Of a DNA stretch of 64,000 nucleotides, positions 57,302-64,000 are shown piece by piece. Source of the DNA: Ostreococcus lucimarinus (Eukaryota); assembly GCA_000092065.1 (NCBI GenBank), contig CP000589.1. One strand, written 5' to 3'. A program made the translations under genes and the position numbers. The notes beneath the pieces were generated by a model. The model searched no databases, was not told where the DNA came from, and saw only the letters and a program-made list of their open reading frames with translations. Every line of letters begins with the position of its first letter. The stretch's first letter is position 1.

Positions 57302-58720
57302 ATGCTCGCGACGACGACGACGTCGACGACGTCGCGCGCGATCGTTCCGCGCGCCGCGCGCGCGCGCGCGGGCGCGCGCGCGGGCGCGGCGCCGGTGGCT
57401 CGGTCGAGGGCAAGCGCGGCGCCGACGGCGCGAAACCGCGGTCGAGGCGCGCGAGGGATCGCGCGCGCGCGCGATCGACGCGAGGACGCGCGAGGGGGAG
57501 TCGTCATGAGCGCCGGGACGAGCGGCGACGAGCCCGTGGCGCGAGATCCGAAGGATTATAAGATCGCGACGAAGCTCGCGCACGCGAAGACGAGCGTGAC
57601 GGACCCGTACGGGGCGTCGGCGCCGCCGTTGTATCAAACGGCCACGTTCGCGCAGCCGAGTGCGACTGAAAATGGACCGTATGATTACACGCGCAGTGGG
57701 AACCCGACGAGGACGCAGTTGGAGGAACAGATGGCGAATTTGGAATGCGCGGACCGGGCGTTTGCGTTTTCTTCGGGGATGTCGGCGTTGATGTGCGTCA
57801 CGCGATTGGTGAACGCGGGCGAGAGGATCGTGACGGGGGATGATATATATGGTGGGACGTCGAGGTTGCTCGCGCAAGTGGTGCCGAAGGTTGGGATCGA
57901 GGTGGTTAACGTCGACATGAACGACCACGACGCGGTGCGCGCGGCGATTCAGGGCGGGAACACGACGATGGTGATGATGGAGTCGCCCACGAACCCTCGT
58001 TTGCAAGTGATTGACATCAAGGCTATCTGTGATATGGCACACGAAAAGGGCGCGCTCGTGTGCGTCGATAACTCCATCATGTGCCCGACGTTTCAGGCGC
58101 CGCTCGCGCTTGGTGCGGATATTTCCATGACGTCGGCGACGAAGTTTATCGCGGGTCACTCCGACGTCACGGGTGGATTGCTCGCGTGCAACGGCGAAGA
58201 GCTTGGAAATCGTATTTACTTTCACCAAAACGCCGAAGGTTTGCATCTCGGCCCGTTCGATTGTTGGTTGGCGCTTCGCGGTTTGAAGACGATGCAGTTG
58301 CGCATGGAGCGTCAACAAGAAAACGCGATGAAACTCACGGCGTGGCTTGAATCGCACCCCCGCGTGAACAAGGTGAACTACCCGGGTCTGAAGGCAAACG
58401 TTGGGCACGAACTGCACTCGAAGCAAGCCTCCGGCGCGGGGTCGATCTTTTCCTTTACCACCGGCGACGTCGAATTTTCCAAAATCGTCGTCGAAGAGAC
58501 AAAGCTTCACAAAATCACCGTCTCGTTCGGGGGCACGACGTCCTTGATCTCTCTTCCGTGCTTCATGTCCCATGCCAGTATACCCGCCGAGGTTCGCGCC
58601 GCGCGTGGCTTGCCAGACGATCTCGTTCGCATTAGCTGTGGCATCGAGGACGCCGACGACTTGTTGGCTGACTTGCAGTACGCTTTCGCCGTCGCCGAAA
58701 AGCGCGTGGGTAAGGCGTAA
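57302..58720 (+). CDS. CBL: cystathionine beta-lyase (PLP-dependent Cys/Met-metabolism family), plastid transit peptide
   Basis: YDYTRSGNPTR, the PLP-lysine region SATKFIAGHSDV and the whole mature part are collinear with plant cystathionine beta-lyase. The S/T/A/R-rich N-terminus looks like a transit peptide. An earlier ATG at 57203 overlaps the divergent gene start. Confidence 0.82.
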   Translation: MLATTTTSTTSRAIVPRAARARAGARAGAAPVARSRASAAPTARNRGRGARGIARARDRREDARGGVVMSAGTSGDEPVARDPKDYKIATKLAHAKTSVTDPYGASAPPLYQTATFAQPSATENGPYDYTRSGNPTRTQLEEQMANLECADRAFAFSSGMSALMCVTRLVNAGERIVTGDDIYGGTSRLLAQVVPKVGIEVVNVDMNDHDAVRAAIQGGNTTMVMMESPTNPRLQVIDIKAICDMAHEKGALVCVDNSIMCPTFQAPLALGADISMTSATKFIAGHSDVTGGLLACNGEELGNRIYFHQNAEGLHLGPFDCWLALRGLKTMQLRMERQQENAMKLTAWLESHPRVNKVNYPGLKANVGHELHSKQASGAGSIFSFTTGDVEFSKIVVEETKLHKITVSFGGTTSLISLPCFMSHASIPAEVRAARGLPDDLVRISCGIEDADDLLADLQYAFAVAEKRVGKA

Positions 58721-58964
58721 ATCGATGCTATCACGCCGAGAAGACCCATAGTACGGTCTTGAATGGCCACGCTCAACGCTAAACTTCTTATTTTTTCATT
58801 GAATCAAACCAATCCCAAACTTCTCCGCGTCGGCGTCTCCCGATATCGACCTGAACCGACATTCCTCGGAAGTCAGGCGGCAAACTGAGCCACACATTTC
58901 AACGCACGTAGCGCGCTCAGACCGCAGCGCGCGTACACCAAACCTCCAAACAAAATTCAACAGA

Positions 58965-60034
58965 ATGCGTGCACGCGGACGAGTACAGACGACGAAGCTG
59001 GCGACGAGGGCGGCGTCGTTCTCGAACCGTCACGCAGGGACGGCGAAGCTTCGTGCGCACTGTGCGACGAGGAGGATGACGTCGACGCGCACGCACGTGC
59101 GCGCGGCAAGCATTGACGAGGGTATAAGCGAACCAGTAAAAATAAATGGACGCGATTCTTCGCGCTCGCCGGCGTTCATGAACGTCGACGCCGAGTTAGA
59201 GGTGTTGGAGCGAGGCGCTTCCGCCGAGCCGCCAGCGACTCGAAGCGACAGGCTGCGGAGCCGGTGGTCGAATTCGTTTTGGGATGAGCTCGAGTTGAAC
59301 GCCATCGAGCCTTGGATGATGTGTAACGACGAACCGACGCCTGATGGTTTGCTTCGCTCGGACTCCTTGCTCAGTCCGGCTTGGCGAATGATGCTGCTGT
59401 CGGATGGTTCGGTGACGGTGCGTCGAATTCTCGACGCCTTTGTATTTCACCTTCAGACTAACATTCGCATCGTGTGTTCGCCTCACAGCGTCACTTAAAG
59501 CTGCTCACCGGGCGTGCTGATGTTAAAACGGATGTCCTGTGGCAGGGTAAGATCGATCTCGACCACCGAGGTGCGCGCGAGATCGGCGTTCCGGACGACG
59601 TCCACAAGCGACTCCTCGCCGCGTCTTCGGGCACGCTCCTACAACGCGAGGTGGACCTGTGTGATGCACACGGTGATCCGCTGTGTTACGCCGCGAGCTG
59701 GTGGAACACGAACACCTCCGATACGATCGTCCTCGACACCGACGCCGATAACGCGTACGGTGCGCTCGATCGTCCGGTATGGCTCAAACTCGCCGAGGAC
59801 AAGACGGAGCTCTTTCGCGAAGTCCGCCGCGTCTACCGCGGTCAATCCGAGCGCCTATCCTCAGCCTGGGGCCTTCCCACCGACACCTACTTCTGGGGTC
59901 GTCACTACATCTTCTGGCTCGCTCGCAAACCGCTGTGCGTGATCCACGAAGTCATGAGTCCCGCGCTCGAGACGTACCTCGGCCCGGCCGCGCCCGCGCC
60001 TCGCGCGCGTCGCGCGCGCTCGCGCCGAACCTAA
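58965..60034 (+). CDS. UbiC-fold (chorismate lyase-like, DUF98) protein; two exons 58965..59441 + 59489..60034
   Basis: Exon 1 ends ...LLSDGSVTVRRILDAF and exon 2 continues RHLKLLTGRADVKTDVLWQGKIDLD...REVDLCDAHGDPLCYAASWW...YFWGRHYIFWLARKPLCVIHEV, matching the UbiC/DUF98 pattern (E. coli LLLEDSMTKRFE..., REILLCADGEPWLAGR, LWGRRSRL..KPLLLTELF). The frames are reconciled by a 47-nt intron. Confidence 0.62.
59442..59488 (+). other. intron (47 nt) of the UbiC-fold gene
   Basis: GTATTT donor, a perfect ACTAAC branch motif 25 nt upstream of the acceptor, CAG acceptor, phase 0. Confidence 0.7.
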
Positions 60035-60070
60035 CTCACGACACGACGCCGAGCGACGCATCTCGCGCGC

Positions 60071-60143
60071 ACACGAACGACCACGCACACGACGACCACG
60101 CACACGACGACCACGACGACCACGACGACCACGACGACGACGA
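60071..60143. repeat. (CACGAC/GACGAC)n simple repeat upstream of AHCY
   Basis: cacgaacgaccacgcacacgacgaccacgcacacgacgaccacgacgaccacgacgaccacgacgacgacg is directly visible. It translates to a His/Asp run in a spurious ORF. Confidence 0.7.
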
Positions 60144-60286
60144 TTGTAATCCAGCCGCCGCCGTCGCGACTTCGCGCGAGCGCCCGATCACACACGCCAC
60201 CAGAATCCCGCGTAAACGTCGTCGCGCCGCGGCGCCGCCGCGACGTCACTACCACGCACACACTCACACCACCGCATCCACGCACC

Positions 60287-62156
60287 ATGAGCTCGTCCAT
60301 GTGCGTCGTCGAAACCTCCACCGCCGGTCGCGAATACAAAGTTCGCGACATGGCCCAAGCCGACTTCGGGTACGCGCGACGACGACGCGACGACGCGATG
60401 CGATGCGACGCGAAGCGATGCGCGCGACTTTTGCGCGATGGCGGCTGCGGACGATCGCGCGCGGTGACGGCGCGCGACGCGCGAAGACGGCGGGAGACGC
60501 GAGAAAACGATCGAGGAAAATTGTGACGATCGATGCGAGCGGTCGCGGTGCGCGTTGGACGGTCGACGGGGGCGGTGGATGCGCGAATGGATGATTATTC
60601 CGATTTCGATCGAGATCTATCCACAGCGGCGTTACTTTATCCACCCGACCGGCGACGAGTCGACGCGCGGAGGCTCGGCGGCGAGGATCGGGAAAGACGC
60701 GAAGACGACGGCGATTATGGGGGAAAAGTAGGAGATAACGATCGATGACTGACGATGCATGGGTTTTCGCCGCGATAGTCGCATGGAAATTGAACTCGCG
60801 CAAGTCGAAATGCCGGGTCTCATGTCGTGCATCGCCGAATTCGGGCCGGCGCAACCGCTCGCGGGCGCGAACATCTCCGGTTCTTTGCACATGACCATCC
60901 AAACCGCGGTGCTAATCGAAACGCTCGTTGCGCTCGGTGCCAACGTGCGTTGGTGCTCGTGCAACATCTTCTCTACGCAAGATCACGCCGCCGCCGCCGT
61001 CGCGCGCGACTCGGCCGCCGTCTTCGCGTGGAAGGGCGAGACGCTCGAGGAGTACTGGTGGTGCACGGACCAAATGCTCAACTGGGGCGAAGGCTCCTTG
61101 GACATCATCGTTGATGACGGTGGTGATGCCACCTTGTTGATCCACGAAGGTTACAAGGCTGAGCTCGAGTTCGCCAAGTCTGGCGCCATCCCGGACCCGG
61201 CGTCCACGGACAACGCCGAGATGAAGTGCGTGTTGAAGATCATCGCCGAAAACTTGAAGACCAACCCGAAGCGCTGGCAAAAGATCGTTTCCACCTGCGT
61301 CGGTGTCTCCGAAGAGACCACGACTGGTGTGAAGCGTCTTTACGAAATGCAAAAGGCGGGCGAACTCTTGTTCCCGGCCATCAACGTCAACGACTCCGTC
61401 ACCAAGTGCAAGTTCGACAACCTCTACGGTTGCCGTCACTCTTTGCCGGATGGTATCATGCGCGCCACTGACGTCATGATCGCGTCCAAGACGTGCTGGG
61501 TCGCTGGCTACGGTGATGTCGGTAAGGGTTCCGCCGCCGCGCTCAAGGCTGCCGGCGCTCGCGTCATCGTGTCTGAAATCGACCCGATTTGCGCGCTCCA
61601 AGCCGCCATGGAAGGTTACCAAGTCGCCCCGATCGAAGACGTCGTCGACCAAGTCGACATCTTCATCACCACCACGGGTAACAAGGACATCATCATGGTC
61701 CAACACATGGAAAAGATGAAGAACAACGCCATCGTCGGTAACATCGGTCACTTCGACAACGAAATCGACATGGCTGGCCTCGAATCGTACCCGGGCATCA
61801 AGCGCCAAAACATCAAGCCGCAATGCGACCGCTTTGAATTCCCGGATGGCCACGGTATCATCATGCTCGCCGAAGGTCGTCTCCTCAACCTTGGCTGCGC
61901 CACCGGTCACCCGTCCTTCGTCATGTCGTGCTCCTTCACCAACCAAGCCATCGCTCAGCTCGAGCTTTGGAACGAGCGCAAGTCCGGCAAGTACGAAAAG
62001 AAGGTGTACGTCCTCCCGAAGCACTTGGACGAAAAGGTTGCCATGCTCCACCTCGCGAAGATTGGTGTCAAGCTCACCAAGCTCTCCACCGATCAAGCGC
62101 AGTACATCAACGTCCCGGTCGAGGGTCCGTACAAGCCCGCGGCGTACCGCTACTAG
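60287..62156 (+). CDS. AHCY: S-adenosyl-L-homocysteine hydrolase (adenosylhomocysteinase); two exons 60287..60369 + 60779..62156
   Basis: Exon 1 [28 protein letters not shown] plus exon 2 [15 protein letters not shown]... reproduce the conserved SAHH N-terminus ([30 protein letters not shown]). The rest is collinear ([16 protein letters not shown] site [21 protein letters not shown]). Total 486 aa. Confidence 0.9.
60370..60778 (+). other. intron (409 nt) of AHCY
   Basis: Donor GTACGC at 60370, a TGACTGAC branch-like motif about 30 nt upstream of the acceptor, TAG acceptor at 60776-60778, phase 2. Only splicing restores the universally conserved SAHH N-terminus. Confidence 0.8.
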
Positions 62157-62450
62157 ATCCAGTGACCTTGCAGTCACCGTCGCCGAGCCTCGACGCCGCG
62201 CTTCGCGTCGTCGTCGCCTCGCGAGACATTTACCGCGCCCTCGCATTTCACCGGGGGAATCACGCGGTGTATCTACGTGAAACCAATGTTTGCTCAAGCG
62301 ACTAGTAGAGATTCTTCCATAAAACAACAAAACTAGGTTCAGTCGTTGTGATACATACGATACCAAACCTTCAAACGTCGCCGTCGCGGATACAGTCCAT
62401 CCGCCTTCGCCTTCGCCGTCGTCGTCACACCTCCGCGCCTTCGACTCGCG

Positions 62451-63416
62451 ATGTCGCTCGATTCGATCGTCGCCGCCATGACGGCCGCGTTCGGCGCCCT
62501 CGCGTCCGACGTCGACGCCGCGCGCGTCGACGTCGCCGCCTTCGCGCCCTCGCCCGCGGGACTGCGCGCGCTCGACGACCACCTCGCGTCGCGCGCCGCG
62601 CTCGCGGGCCACGCGCTGTCGCGCGCCGACGCCGCGTGCTACGCGAGCGTCGTCGACGCGCTGAACGCGTCGCCCGAGGCGCTGACGCACGCGAGACGGT
62701 GGGCGGCGCACGTGAGCGCGCGCGGCGACGCGGCGCGCGCGGGCGCGGCGACGGCGAGGACGCTCGAGGGCGCGGCGGCGCCGACGTTCGAAAGACCGGC
62801 GGCGACGGCGAACGCGGAAGACGCGAGCGCGAGCGAAGACGGGAAGAAGAAGAAGGAGAAGGAGAAGGAGAAGAAGACGAAGAAGGCGAGCGAGGGAAAG
62901 GCGGCGACGGCGTCGACGAAACGCGTGGACGTGTCGACGCTGGACGTACGCGTCGGCCGAGTGACGAAGGCGTGGGAACACCCGGACGCGGACAAATTGT
63001 GGTGCGAGAACATCGATCTCGGGGAGAAAGGCGTGCGACAGATTTGCAGTGGGTTGCGCGCGTTTAAGACGAAGGAACAGATGGAGGGCGCGCGCGTGTG
63101 CGTCATCGTCAACGTGAAGCCGGGGAAGCTTCGCGACGTCAAGTCGGACGGTTTGGTGCTGTGCGCGTCCAACGCCGACCACACCGAGGTTGATTTCGTG
63201 ATTCCGCCCGAAGGCGCGGCGATCGGCGAGCGCGTCGCGTTCCCGGGCTTCGAGGGCGAGCCGGAGGAAGTGCTCAATCCGAAGAAGAAGCAACTCGACG
63301 CGGTGTGTCTGGACTTGAAGACGAACGCGGAGGGCGTGGCGTGCTACAAAGACGTCCCGTTTACGACGTCGGCGGGCGCGTGCACTTCGTCGCTCAAGAA
63401 CTGCTTCATCAAGTAG
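62451..63416 (+). CDS. tRNA-binding protein of the Arc1p / AIMP1 (EMAP-II) family
   Basis: C-terminal Myf/EMAP-II OB-fold (DVRVGRVTKAWEHPDADKLWCENIDLGEKGVRQICSGLRAFKTKEQMEGARVCVIVNVKPGKLRDVKSDGLVLCAS) preceded by a Lys-rich linker (KKKKEKEKEKKTKK) and an N-terminal helical domain. Confidence 0.75.
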   Translation: MSLDSIVAAMTAAFGALASDVDAARVDVAAFAPSPAGLRALDDHLASRAALAGHALSRADAACYASVVDALNASPEALTHARRWAAHVSARGDAARAGAATARTLEGAAAPTFERPAATANAEDASASEDGKKKKEKEKEKKTKKASEGKAATASTKRVDVSTLDVRVGRVTKAWEHPDADKLWCENIDLGEKGVRQICSGLRAFKTKEQMEGARVCVIVNVKPGKLRDVKSDGLVLCASNADHTEVDFVIPPEGAAIGERVAFPGFEGEPEEVLNPKKKQLDAVCLDLKTNAEGVACYKDVPFTTSAGACTSSLKNCFIK

Positions 63417-63494
63417 ACGATGACCGCATCGGTGTGAATGATAATACACCTACTCGTCGTTTTGTTGAAAAAATCTCGCTACTCGCGCGCTACG

Positions 63495-64000
63495 CTATTC
63501 ACCGCACATGATTTCGACGTTGTCGAGCAAACGCACGCTACCAAACTTTGCCGCGACGGCTATCACGCACGGTGAATCCAGCACGCCCACGTACGGCGTC
63601 AACGATTCCGGTTCCATCGCCTGCACGTAATCTACCTCCCCTCCACCGTCTCTGATGCGTTCGCTCACTCGCGTCACGAGCGCGTCGCTCGTCGTCGGCG
63701 CGCGCTCCGCCGTCGCCTTCGCTTCGCTCAAACTTTGATAAATAACCGTCGCCTTCTCTCGATTCTCCGTCGTCAGCAACAAATTCCTCGAGCTCATCGC
63801 CAACCCATCGCTCTCTCGCACGATCTCCCCCCCCACGACGTCGATGTCAAAATCTAAATCTCGCGCCATCCTTCGTATCACGCGCCACTGCTGATAATCC
63901 TTCTTCCCGAACACCGCCGCGTCCGGCTCGACGACGTTGAACAATTTCGTCACGATCGTCGCCACGCCCTTGAAGAAGTGCGGTCGCGTTTTCGCGCACA
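63495..64000 (-). CDS. panC: pantoate-beta-alanine ligase (PanC), C-terminal part; N-terminus lies beyond the window end
   Basis: ...HFFKGVATIVTKLFNVVEPDAAVFGKKDYQQ...VVGGEIVRESDGLAMSSRN... matches the PanC core. The frame stays open to position 64000. Confidence 0.72.
   Translation of the reverse strand, partial: CAKTRPHFFKGVATIVTKLFNVVEPDAAVFGKKDYQQWRVIRRMARDLDFDIDVVGGEIVRESDGLAMSSRNLLLTTENREKATVIYQSLSEAKATAERAPTTSDALVTRVSERIRDGGGEVDYVQAMEPESLTPYVGVLDSPCVIAVAAKFGSVRLLDNVEIMCGE

Overview
This 64 kb window is GC-rich (about 65-70%), very gene-dense eukaryotic nuclear DNA. I found no bacterial or phage features, no CRISPR array, no transposon and no tRNA or rRNA gene, so it does not carry a prokaryotic defence-type system.

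Gene content. I can support about 45 protein-coding genes, roughly one per 1.4 kb, on both strands. Most are single uninterrupted ORFs. Introns are rare, with four confidently mapped and one more suspected.

Recognisable products include CPSF-73 (cleavage and polyadenylation factor), two kinesin-type proteins (one with a degenerate motor), syntaxin-6-like and syntaxin-18-like SNAREs, an RluA-family pseudouridine synthase, DTL/CDT2, an ankyrin-HDAC, a WS/DGAT acyltransferase, proteasome Rpt2, a TYW3-TYW2-TYW5 wybutosine-pathway fusion, adenylate kinase, Mpv17, a GNAT acetyltransferase, ethanolamine-phosphate cytidylyltransferase, QCR7, MSH5, TIC21/PIC1, SRPK, RCE1, RAD1, Nudix, AlkB-like, a TPT-type transporter, ClpP/ClpR, an ELO elongase, CYP97, RPS9, pirin, HscB, cystathionine beta-lyase, a UbiC-fold protein, S-adenosylhomocysteine hydrolase, an Arc1p/EMAP-type tRNA-binding protein, and a truncated PanC.

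Likely source. The plastid-type genes (TIC21, CYP97, ClpR, transit-peptide-like N-termini), TGTAA motifs just downstream of several stop codons, and the compact, intron-poor, high-GC layout point to a green alga with a compact genome, possibly a Mamiellophyceae member such as Micromonas. This is an inference from the sequence only.

ORF track caveat. Many long Arg/Ala/Ser-rich ORFs in the six-frame track are antisense or off-frame artefacts of the high GC content and are not reported as genes.

Most interesting observations. (1) A single-ORF TYW3-TYW2-TYW5 fusion. (2) A kinesin-like protein whose motor-domain ATPase motifs are all degenerate. (3) A syntaxin-6-type SNARE that ends in a CaaX box instead of a transmembrane anchor. 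(4) A sequon-rich multi-TM protein sitting in a local low-GC island. (5) Pervasive head-to-head gene pairs separated by 60-230 bp. (6) Two distinct intron classes.
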